A stretch of 64,000 nt of DNA, taken from assembly GCF_006345805.1 (NCBI RefSeq), contig NC_043010.1:28086001-28150000 (forward strand). Direction: 5' to 3'. A model generated the notes under the pieces. That model ran no database searches, had not been told where the DNA came from, and saw only the letters and a program-made list of their open reading frames with translations. Shown here piece after piece: positions 22,070 through 33,734 of this stretch. The stretch is from Octopus sinensis. Its lineage: Eukaryota. Numbering within the stretch: position 1 is the first letter of the stretch; each line of letters begins with the position of its first letter. Position numbers and translations under genes: made by a program.

Positions 22070-25000
22070 ATCATCATCATCATCATTTAACGTCCGCCTT
22101 CCATGCTAGCATGGGTTGGATGGTTCAACTGGGGTCTGGGGAGCCCGAGGGCTGCACCAGGCCAGTCAGATCTGGCAGTGTTTCTACAGCTGGATGCCCT
22201 TCCTAACGCCAACCACTCCGAGAGTGTAGTGGGTGATTTTATGTGCCACCGACACAGGTGCCAGACGAGGCTGGCGAACGGCCATGCTTGGATGGTGTTT
22301 TTTATGTGCCAGATGAGGCTGGCGAACGGCCACGATCGGATGGTGTTTGTTACGTGCCCACAGCACGGAGGCCAGTCGATGCGGTACTGGCTACCGCCAC
22401 GTTCGGATGGTTTTCTTGTGTGCCACCGGCACTGGTACCACAAAGATACAAATTCCATTGATGTTCATCTATTTTGATTTGTTTTGATTTGATTTTCACT
22501 TGCCTCAACAGGTCTTCACAAGTGTCACAAGAAGGAAGGTATGCACAGGTGGACTGACTACGTCCCAGGTAGGGGCCACGGGTTATGGCCTGACTAGTCT
22601 TGCCGGGTCTTCGGATGGTGATTTTATGTCCCACCGACACAGGTGCCAGATGAGGCTGGCGAACGGCCACGATCGCATGGTGTTTGTTACGTGCCCACAG
22701 CACGGAGGCCAGTCGATGCGGTACTGGCTACGGCCACGTTCGGATGGTTTTCTTGTGTGCCACTGGCACTGGTACCACAAAGATACAAATTCCATTGATG
22801 TTCATCTATTTTGATTTGTTTTGATTTGATTTGATTTGATTTTCACTTGCCTCAACAGGTCTTCACAAGTGTCACAAGAAGGAAGGTAAGCACAGGTGGA
22901 CTGACTACGTCCCAGGTAGGGGCCACGGGTTATGGCCTGACTAGTCTTGCTGGGTCTTCTCACGTACAGCATACTTCCATAGGTCTCGGTCTCTAGTCAT
23001 TTCCTTGGTGAGACCTAAAGTTCAAAGGTCGTGCTTCACCACCTCATCCCAGGTTTTCCTGGGTCTACCTCTTCCACAGGTTCCCTCAACTGCTAGGGTG
23101 TAGCACTTTTGCACACAACTGTCTTCAGCCATTCTCGTCACATGACCATACCAGCGCAGCCGTCTCTAACTTTTCTCTCAAGGTACTTACACTCTGACGA
23201 TTATGAACACTGACATTACACATCCATCGGAGCATACTGGCTTCATTTCTTGCAAGCTTACACATATCCTCAGCAGTCACGGCCCATGTTTCACTACCAT
23301 GTAGCATGGCTGTAAGTACACATGCATCATACAGTCTGCCTTTTACTCTGAGCGAGAGGCCATTTGTCACCAGCAGGGGTAAGAGCTCTCTAAACTTTGC
23401 CCAGGCTATTCTTACTCTAGCAGTTTCACTTTCAGCACACCCACCCCCACTACTGACTTGGTCTCCTAGGTAGCGGAAGCTATCAACTACTTCTAGTTTG
23501 TCTCCCTGGAACGTGGTAGAAGTTGGTCTCTGCACATTTCCAGTGTTTATTGCTCCTGAGCATCTGCCACAGACAAAAACTATTTTCCTAGTTAGCCTTC
23601 CTTGACATTGCTGCACCTCTTATGTGTCCATAGCTTACACTTGGTGCATCTATAGAGTTTCTACCTACACCTTTTTTACAGATCGAGCAGGGCCATCTAC
23701 CTGAAGTCGTTTGTGATTGGTCCACCTTCCTACTTATTAGGACTTTGGTTTTGGCTAGGTTGATTCTAAGGCCCTTCGATTCTAATCCTTGTTTCCACAC
23801 CTGAAACTTCTCCTCCAGTTCTGATAGTGACTCAGCAATTAGAGCAAGGTCATCAGCATAGAGGAGCTCCCAGGGGCATCCTGTCTTGAATTCCTGCGTT
23901 ATTGCCTGGAGGACTATGATAAATAGGAGGGGACTGAGGACTGAACCTTGGTGGACCCCAACCTCTACTCGGAATTCTTCACTGTACTCGTTGCCAACCC
24001 TCACCTTACTAGCAGCGTCTCTGTACATGGCTTGCACAGCTTTCACTAACCATTCATCTATCCCTAGTTTCCTCATTGACCACCAGATAAGGGATCGGGG
24101 GACCCTGTCAAAGGCTTTCTCCAAGTCAACAAAAGCCAGGTACAAGGGCTTATCTTTGGCTAGGTATTTCTCCTGCAGCTGTCTTACCAGGAATATAGCA
24201 TCAGTAGTACTTTTCCCTGGCACAAACCCAAACTGCATATCATCTAAGCTAACTCTCTCTCTAATTAATTGGCCTATAACCCTCTCCGTAACCTTCATTA
24301 CCTGATCCAGCAGCTTGATGCCCCTGTAGTTATTTGTATCTAGGGCGTCGCCTTTACCTTTGTAGCAGTTGACTATTATGCTGCTACACCAGTCATTGGG
24401 TATGACTCCTTCGTGTATCACCTGGTTAACTATACGGGTAACTAAGCTATAGCCAACACTACCAGATATTTTGAGCATCTCTGCAGTAATTCCTGATGGG
24501 CCTGGGGCTTTCCCTGCCTTCATGCTTCTAATTGCCTTATCTACTAAGGAACTGTTAACTCGGATTGCTGGTACCTCTGTTGGGTCAACATTCGGCAGAC
24601 TCTCTTTATCCCATTCATTTTCCTCATTCAGCAACCTTTCATAGTGGCGTCTCCAAGCCTCTCTCTTTGCATCCTCATTTAGCGCAAGTGAACCGTCATC
24701 CTTGCGAACACATTTCTCTCCTACCACGTCACGATTCTCTCTCACACACTGTCTTGCAACACGAAATACCTCAAGTCTTTCATCCTCACGGCGCAGGACA
24801 TTGGCAAATTTTTTCTTATCTGCCTCCCCTCTGGCTAGATAGACCTGTCTCCTAGCTTCCCTTCTGGCAGTCTGATACACTTCCCTGCTACCACCGTTCT
24901 TCCAGGCCTTCCAAGCCTGTTTCTTTTGTCTAATAGCCCTGTCAACAATATTGTTCCACCACCACGTTATTTTGGGTCTTAAGTGGACTTTGCACCAGCC

Positions 25001-25235
25001 AGAGATCTGGTCAGTGGCTTTCAGCAGGTTGTCCCTACCCCATGCGTAGCTATACCCCCTTCCATTTCGTCAAAGGCTTCAAGTAACATGTCTCTAAATC
25101 TCTGTCCATTCGCAGGGTCTTTAAGCTTCCAGACCCTTCTTCTCCATGTTGGTCGTCTTCTAGTCGCCCTCTTAGTCCTGATCCTAAAGTCACTAACTAC
25201 CAGTCTATGTTGTGGGGTGCATTCTTCGCCTGGGA
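22070..25235 (-). mobile_element. RTE-clade LINE, 5'-truncated, with frameshifts and internally duplicated 3' UTR
   Basis: ORFs 23588..24880 (YRGIKLL, QFGFVPGKST, FVDLEKAFD, GVHQGSVLSP, LYADDL) and 23125..23616 (FRYLG, AWAKFRELLPLL). (GAT)n tail. Confidence 0.92.
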
Positions 25236-25250
25236 ATATACATATATATT

Positions 25251-25285
<35 letters not shown>

Positions 25286-25301
25286 AATATATAAATATAT
25301 A

Positions 25302-25810
25302 TCTATATATATAAAATTGTAGTTGTGTGAGTGTCTGTCCCCTTCGATTTAGATTCCTAACTACTCCCACATTTTGCAGTGCAGTTTAACCCAAATTCGG
25401 GTATCTTATAGTCGTGATTCATATCGAGCCCGTCTGAGTATTAGCGCACGTCTATGATGAGTCTACGATTTTAAAATAATTTTAACATCATTTTTATTCC
25501 ATTTTAATGCATAATTTTTCGTGTGTCGATGGCAGCGGAGTTGGCATCCATGGTCACACCTGCACCTGTTTGCTTCTCTCCTTCTTCCCTCCATCGTGAA
25601 GCTGTGGGGAAGGGAGTGTAAGGAAATCAACGTCGTAAAGCGTTGTCAAGGAGACCAGCATTCTTTTAGAACAACGACTTCATAGCTTGAAGACACCAAA
25701 ATAGAAATGGCTAAGAAAGCCCGAATTGGCATCTAAAGGGAAGTAACTCTCTAAAAATCTTAATAAGTTATTTCCCTTACAAACCGAGCAACGCCAGGCG
25801 ATACTGCTAG
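25302..25810 (+). mobile_element. Non-autonomous Helitron
   Basis: 5' A|TCTATATATATAAAA and 3' GAGCAACGCCAGGCGATACTGCTAG|T (subterminal GC-rich motif plus CTAG). A-T target, no TSD. Confidence 0.75.
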
Positions 25811-25831
25811 TATAAAATATAAATATATATA

Positions 25832-25898
<67 letters not shown>

Positions 25899-26069
25899 AT
25901 ATAATAGAATTAAGAGACAGACCTCCATTAAGATATTCAATTAATAATGGAAGATATTATCTATGATAAAATATAAATTTAAATATATTATTAAATACTA
26001 AATTTAATATATTATTAAATACTAAAAATTTCTATACTAAATATTACTCATTAAAAAATACATACATAT

Positions 26070-27259
26070 AATCAAATCAAAATAGATGAACATCAATGGA
26101 ATTTGTATCCTTGTGGTACCAGTGCCTGTGGCACACAAGAAATCCATCCGAACGTGGCCGTAGTCAGTACCGCATCGACTGGCCATCGTGCTGTGGGCAC
26201 ATAACAAACACCATCCGATCGTGGCCGTTCGCCAGCCTCATCTAGCCCTGTGTCGGTGGCACATAAAAACACCATCCGAAGACCCGGCAAGACTAGTCAG
26301 GCCATTCCCATGGCCCCTACCTGGGACGTAGTCAGTCCACCTGTGCATACCTTCCTCCTTGTGATACTTGTGAAGGCCTGTTGAGGCAAGTGAAAATCAA
26401 AATGAAATCAAAACAAATCAAATCAAATCAAATCAAAACAAATCAAAATAGATGAACATTAATGGAATTGTATCTTTGTGGTACCAGTGCCGGTGGCACA
26501 CAAGAAAACCATCCGAATGTGCCGTAGCCAGTACCGCACCGACTGGCCTCCGTGCTGTGGGCACGTAACAAACACCATCCAATCGTGGCCGTTCGCCAGC
26601 CTCATCTGGCACCTGTGTCGGTGGGACATAAAAACACCATCCGAAGACCCGGCAAGACTAGTCAGGCCATAACCTGTGGCCCCTACCTGGGACGTAGTCA
26701 GTCCACCTGTGCATACCTTCCTTCTTGTGACACTTGTGAAGACCTGTTGAGGCAAGTGAAAATCAAAACAAATCAAAATAGATGAACATCAATGGAATTG
26801 TATCTTTGTGGGTACCAGTGCCGGTGCACGTGGCACACAAGAAAACCATCCGAACGTGGCCGTAGCCAGTACCGCATCGACTGGCCTCCGTGCTGTGGGC
26901 ACGTAACAAACACCATCCGATCGTGGCCGTTTGCCAGCCTCATCTGGCACCTGTGTCGGTGGCACATAAAAACACCATCCGAGCATGGCCGTCTGCCAGC
27001 CTCGTCTGGCACCTGTGTCCGGTGGCACATAAAAACACCATCTGAGCGTGGCCGTTTGCCAGCCTCGTCTGGCACCTGTTTCGGTGGCCATAAAATCACC
27101 CACTACACTCTCGGAGTGGTTGACGTTGGAAGGGCATCCAGCTGTAGAAACACTGCCAGATCTGACTGGACTGGTGCAGCTTTCGGGCTCCCCAGACCCC
27201 AGTTGAACCGTCCAACCCATGCTAGCATGGAAAGCGGACGTTAAATGATGATGATGATG

Positions 27260-27265
<6 letters not shown>
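26070..27265 (+). mobile_element. RTE 3' UTR with internal tandem duplications
   Basis: Reverse complement of the 22070-22960 tail modules; ends in (GAT)n. Confidence 0.85.
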
Positions 27266-27296
<31 letters not shown>

Positions 27297-27699
27297 ACAT
27301 AGATCTATATATTTACATCTCCCTATATATATCTATTTATGTATAAATACATACTTGCACATACATGCACACGCACGCACACAGATATCCTTATATGTGT
27401 GTGTATCTTTACTTAGAAATGTACACTAGCATACACACATACACAATATATATTAGCAATGCTCAGGCTCAAGTCAAAATTTTCCAAGTGTCATTCACCT
27501 ACTTATTATAAACTATTTCATACAAGGAGAGAAAGAGAGAGAGAGAGAGAGATGTGTGTGTTTGTGTGGGAGAGAGAAATTATGGTTAGAAAGAGAGAAA
27601 GGAAAGTGTGTGTAGGTGGGGTGAGGTGAAAGAAAAGACAAGAGAGTGGAAACATACATTCATATAGAATTATGTCTACATAAAATTTAACAAAGAACC

Positions 27700-28020
27700 T
27701 CATCATGATCATCATCATTGAGTGAGAGAATAGTTCATGTCGTCAAAATGACACTGGGGTACAAATATATGAAGCCCAGTATACCTATCATGACTACCTA
27801 TCTGATAAAGGTACACCTGGCACATGCATCACAACCATGTGTGCATGACATGGTGATCTTATACCAAGATAAATTGCGCATGACCTCGCAGGTGATGCCC
27901 AGTTAGAATTTTCTTCAGGTTGAGTAGCCTATCCTGCACAAAAGGTTCCTGAATAATGCTTGTTGAAGGATGTTGAACAAAACACCCATGTTTCCAGAGG
28001 TGAATTATTCAAACCTGTGC
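27700..28020. repeat. Interspersed repeat family (second copy at 59090-59600)
   Basis: Shared CATGACCT.GCAGGTG..GC.CAGTTAGAATTTTCTTCAGG...GGATGTTGAACAAAACACCCATGTTTCC. Class not determined. Confidence 0.7.
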
Positions 28021-28189
28021 TGAGTTCAAATTCTACCAAGGTTGACATTGCCTTTCATCCTTCTGGGATTGATAAAATAACTATCAATTCAGTACTAGGG
28101 TCACGATGATTGTCTAGCCCCTCCCCCAAAATTTCGGGCCTTGTGCCTTCAGTTATTATTATTTGTATTATTAATAATAAAAATAATAA

Positions 28190-29040
28190 TAATAGTAATA
28201 ACAACATAGTTTTGATCTCTGAGGATAACCCCAACAGAATTAAATTTATGTCTAATAATTCCAAGATTAAGAATTCTATATACCAATGTAAAATTTCTTG
28301 CGGTACTGATGTCTATTTCTATATTGGCGCAGCCTCTTCCCAATTATCTTAGAGAATTTCCAATCATTATTTTTCATTTAGGTATAGCAGTAAATGTTAT
28401 AGTACAGGGCTAAGTAAATTGGTTTGGTATCTTAAAGACAACAATAAGGATTTTAAGTTAGATTGCTTCATCCTGTCCATCTCTTTCCCTTATGACAAGG
28501 GCAAACGATTTTGTAATATTTGCAACTCTGAACTCTTCCATATTCTCTTCTCAAAGAATCATCTTGTTAACACACTCATAGAGCGATCTTACAAATGTAA
28601 GCACTGGCAGAAACATACCTTTAGCTCATATAAGTGATTTATACCAGTCTGTATAGTTTGAACATTTAGTTCACCTTGCACTTTACTTCAATAAAGAAAT
28701 CTACTTCCTAGCCTTTGAACATTTTTTCAACCAATATATCCCTCTTTATTTGTTCTCTACTTATTATTTCTTTACCACTTCTCTTCCTAGGGTCAGCCTT
28801 TGACGTCAGATCTACTAATGGTTTTTTAAAAAAATACTTAATAGCGTTCTGTTTATCATTTATGCAGTCATCAAAATTGTTATAATGTCTTGTTGTTGAG
28901 ATAGGTTCTTTTTCTCTCCTGATGAGAAGATTGCATTTTACACCGTTTATTTCTTTTGAATAAAACCAATGTTGTCTTCGAAACATATGTCGAAAGTAAA
29001 AGAATTTGAATAACACCTGCATTCAACTACATTTATTTAC
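28190..29040 (+). mobile_element. Second, diverged PLE 3' fragment: GIY-YIG pseudogene plus hammerhead
   Basis: IVLISEDNPNRIKF..NSKIKNSIYQCK...YIGAASSQLS*RISNH...TGLSKLVWYLK...CNICNSELFHILF...CKH aligns with the 17825..18583 product. In-frame TAG; coding ends at 28637. Confidence 0.85.
28906..29004 (+). ncRNA. Type I hammerhead ribozyme (GUC cleavage after 28991)
   Basis: Stem I TTCTTTTTCTCTC/GAAAGTAAAAGAA (11 of 13 pairs), CTGATGA (28919-25), stem II GAAGAT..CATT/AATG..GTCTTC, GAAA (28980-83), palindromic stem III CATATG, then TC. Confidence 0.85.
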
Positions 29041-29164
<124 letters not shown>

Positions 29165-29368
29165 GCATATACATATACATATATATATACATAATATACA
29201 TATATACATATACATACTGGAGCAATCTCAAGATTAATCAGCCGAAATTGCGAGGATGATCCGGTTCTTGACTGAAAATTGAAGGCTTCGAATGTCCTGT
29301 CTGTGTTTTTTGTATCGTCTTCTAAATGTTTTGCGTTCTTGTTCCAGTTTGTACTTTTTTACATATAC

Positions 29369-29408
<40 letters not shown>

Positions 29409-29429
29409 ACATATATATGTATATGTGTG

Positions 29430-30420
29430 TACCTATGGGTGTGCTGAAAGTGTAACTGCTAGAGTAAGAATAGCCTGGGCAAAGTTCAGATGGTGACAAA
29501 AGGCCTCTCACTCAGAGTAAAAAGCAGACTGTATGACGCATGTGTATGAACAGCCATGCTACATGGCAGTGAAACTTGGGCCGTGACTGCTGAGGATATG
29601 CATAAACTCGCAAGAAATGAAGCCAGTATGCTCCGATGGATGTGTAACGTCAGTGTTCATACTCGACAGAGTGTAAGTACCTTGAGAGAAAAGTTAGACC
29701 TAAGAAGCATCAGTTGTGGTGTGCAAGAGAGACATTTGCACTGGTATGGTCATGTAGCGAGAATGGATGAAGATAGTTGTGTGAAAAAGTGCCCCACCCT
29801 GGCGGTTGAGGGAACCTGTGGAAGAGGTAGACCCAGGAAAACCTGGGACGAGGTGGTGAAGAACAACCTTCGAACTTTAGGTCTCACCGAGGAAATGACC
29901 AGAGACCGAGACCTTTTGAAGTATGCTGTGCATAGGAAGACCCGGCAGGACAAGTGAGATCATAACCCGTGGCCTCTACCTGGGACGTAGCCAGTCCACT
30001 TATGCATACCTTTACTTCTTGTGACACAAACCCTACTTGTGAAGACCTGTTGAGGTAAGTGAAAATCGAAATCTTTCAACATCAATGGAAATTGTAGCTG
30101 AGATACCAGTGCCGGTGGCACGTAAGAGAACCATCCGAACGTGACCGTTGCCAGCGCCGCCTCGATTGGCCTCCGTGCCGGTGGCACGTAAAAAGCACCA
30201 TCCGATTGTGGCCATTGCCAGCCTCGTCTGGCCCCCGTGCCGGTGGCACATAAAAAGCACCCACTACACTCTCTGAGTGGTTGGCGTTAAGAAGGGCAAC
30301 CAGCTGTAGAAACACTGCCAGATCAGACTGGGCCTGGCACAGCCTTTTGGCTTCCCAGACCCCAGTTGAACCGTCCAACCCTTGCTAGCATGGAAAAATG
30401 GACGTTAAACGATGATGATG
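29430..30420 (+). mobile_element. RTE LINE 3' fragment
   Basis: MLHGSETWAV...WYGHVARM...GRGRPRKTW, then 3' UTR and (GAT)n. Confidence 0.9.
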
Positions 30421-30470
30421 TGTGTGTGTGTGTATGTATATATATATATATATATAAAATATTATTCGAA

Positions 30471-30837
30471 GATGTATGTTTATGTATATGAGATTGTGTG
30501 CGAGTTTTTAGATGTATGTTTATGTATATGAGATTGTGTGCGAGTTTTTAGATGTATGTTTATGTATATGAGATTGTGTGCGAGTTTTTAGATGTATGTT
30601 TATGTATATGAGATTGTGTGCGAGTTTTTAGATGTATGTTTATGTATATGAGATTGTGTGCGAGTTTTTAGATGTATGTTTATGTATATGAGATTGTGTG
30701 CGAGTTTTTAGATGTATGTTTATGTATATGAGATTGTGTGCGAGTTTTTAGATGTATGTTTATGTATATGAGATTGTGTGCGAGTTTTTAGATGTATGTT
30801 TATGTATATGAGATTGTGTGCGAGTTTTTAGATGTAT
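30471..30837. repeat. Perfect 40-bp minisatellite, 9 full units plus a partial
   Basis: GATGTATGTTTATGTATATGAGATTGTGTGCGAGTTTTTA starts every 40 nt from 30471 to 30791. Confidence 0.95.
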
Positions 30838-32730
30838 AATTTATTTATCTGTATGAGTGTGGGTGTGTAAATATTGTTGTATATATTGAGTTTAGTGAGT
30901 ATGTATATGCGTATTTGTGAGGGAGTATATGTATCTGTTGTGTGTGTGTGTTTTGTGTGTTGGGTGTGTGTGTGTGGAATGTGTATATGGGTTTGTTATT
31001 TAGGTTTTGGGATGTATGAGTTAATTTGTCTGTGTGGGAGGGGGGTTTTGGTGTATATGGAGGTTATAAGTTAGTTTGGTATGTGATAAGTCGGGGTCTG
31101 TGGTTTACGTGTGTGTGTTTGTGTGTGAATGTTAGTTTGTTATAGAGTTTAGTAAAGGGAGATTTTATCGTTATATGTTTTTTAAGAGTTTTGGTTATCA
31201 TGGTTTTTTTAGGGAATTCGTAGTAATTTGTCTATTTTCGATGTTGGTTGATTTATTATATTGTTTCATTCATAATTTTTGAGTGGTGTTCGTTTTGCCA
31301 CGTGAATTTTATTTTTAATTCCATTTATTCCATTTCTCCATTCATTATTAGAGATGTTCGTTTCCAGAGCGGTTATACTTTTTATATATATGTTAAGTTC
31401 CTTGGTAAGTAATTTTGTTTGGTGTATATGTTGAGGCTTATATGTACTTCTGGGTGTGTGTGAGTGGGGTGTGAGTTTGTATATTGTTATGGGTGTGTGG
31501 TTTACGAGTGGTTTTGTGTGTGAATGTATAGGTTAAAGGAATTGCTATATAAGTATGTTTTAGTGTTTAGTAAAGGGAGGTTTCATCATTTCTGTTTTGT
31601 GAGTTTTAGCTTATCATGGTAGTTTTATAAAAGAATCCATTCATATTTTTGTGTTTATTTGTCTGTGTGGGGTTGAGTGGGTTTTTGAGTATATGTTGAG
31701 GTTTATATGTATGTATTGGTATGTGTAAGTGGTGTGGGTATTTGTATATGTCGTGGGTGTGTGGTTTACGTGTGTGTATTTGTGTGTGAATGTTTAGGTT
31801 AGGGGGGTGCTATATAGGTTTGTTATAGAGTTTAGTAAAGGGAGATTTTATCATTATATGTTTTTATGAGTTTTGGTTATCATGGTAGGTTTGATAAGGA
31901 ATTTGTAGTAATTTGTGTCTATTTGCGATGTCTGTTGTTTTATTGCATTGTTTCATTCATAATTTTTAAGTAGTGTTCTTTTTACCAAGTGAATATAATT
32001 TTTAATTCCATTTATTCCATTTCTCCGTTCATAGTTTTGAGTGATGTCCGTTTTCTAGAGCGTGAATGTGGGTTGTATGTGTGTGTGTGTGGGAGTTTGA
32101 ATAAGTATTGTGTTGAAGCATTTAGCTATTTTATTTATTTATAGTTGCCTAGACATTTTTATGTGTATGTATAGGGATATATATATAGGTGTGTGATTTA
32201 GTGTATGTAGTTAGATATGGTTATATATAATTAGGTATATGCGTATGGGTGTATATATAGTTTATTATTATATTATTATTATTTTTTTTTTGTTTTGTTT
32301 TATATTTTATATATTTTATATTTTATATTTTATATTTAATTGTTGATAGGTTTTTTTAGTTTATATATTGTTTATATATTGTTTATATATGGATTATAGA
32401 TAGGTTATATATCGATTATATACTTATATTTTTTCATTCATACTTTAATTATTTTAAAATTATTATTTTTATATTTTAAAATATTGATTTTTTAGATTGG
32501 AAGTCCACCTGAAGATTGTCGATCAAGACAAGAAACGATTGTAGTGGCGGTTTTTTTGACTATTTATTAAAATTTTATGTATTAATTAAGTCTTTCCTTG
32601 TTTGTTTTGCAAAATAGTGGTTTTGTCTCGAATAATATTTTATAATATTTTACTATAAAATCGATTTAATCCTAAATCTGATTTTTTCCCTGTAAATTTG
32701 GATTTATTCCCTAATATTTATTATTATTAT
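30838..32730 (+). mobile_element. Non-coding G/T-rich element with diverged internal repeats, a hammerhead and a ~180-bp tail into (TA)n (putative non-autonomous PLE derivative)
   Basis: AGTAAAGGGAG at about 31151, 31569 and 31834, and GTTTACG...GTGTGTGAATG three times. Strong C depletion on the + strand. Hammerhead at 32505-32547. Confidence 0.55.
32505..32547 (+). ncRNA. Minimal type I hammerhead ribozyme (GUA cleavage after 32543)
   Basis: CCAC/GTGG stem I, CTGAAGA (32509-15), TTGTC/GACAA stem II, GAAA (32532-35), near-palindromic CGATTG, then TA. Confidence 0.8.
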
Positions 32731-32788
<58 letters not shown>

Positions 32789-33131
32789 CACATAATACAT
32801 ATATATATATATGAATGCATGTCTGTAAGTATATGCATATATATGGTGAGAGATAGATTGATACACACATGGATAGATATAGATATCAAAATATATAATG
32901 ATACTCGATATTATGTGATATTAAAAGCTGTTGCAAATTCAATATCGTTTATTTAACTTTTTATCTTGGACACAGAGTAAATGGAGAAAGTCTAAGAATC
33001 TGTGCTGAAATTTTTCTATTGTTTACTTGTTCATGCATCACTTCATGTGTCTGCTTTCTTTCATCCATGTACTTTGATCGTAGGAATTCATGACTGTCTC
33101 ACCTTGAAGTCTGAATTCATTTAATTATGGT

Positions 33132-33236
<105 letters not shown>

Positions 33237-33734
33237 GTATATATATATATATAATATATATATATATATGTATATATACTATATAAGATATTGTTATTAA
33301 AATAAGGAAATCAATATTAGAAAATTCTTCAGAAAGATATATATGTGTGTAGAATAAATATTGTATTAAAAAATGTAAATATATGTAAATATGTATAAGT
33401 ATAAATATATAATAATAAATATGACAGTTCAAAAGTTTCGAATAAGGTTTTTAAAGCACCTTACGATTGTTTCTCTGAAGTATTATCCCTATAATGGAAT
33501 CCTATATCGATAAGCATTTATAAACTACACTTCTGCTCTTCAGAGATATAAAACTGAAATTTGTATAATTTATCGAATGGTATTTTTTTTATAGATATGA
33601 AGTAATATTGGAAAATGGTGTTTGTTTGAAATATAAATTAAAAATTACTGCTTTTGATTTTGGTAATTACACTTTAGTATGAGAGTCTTAAAATCCATAT
33701 ATGCCTCCGTGGTAAGTCTTCTTTAATAGTATAA

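Noticed and set aside
30471-30837. CRISPR-like regular repeat
   Set aside because: Units are contiguous with no unique spacers, the context is eukaryotic, and there are no cas genes.
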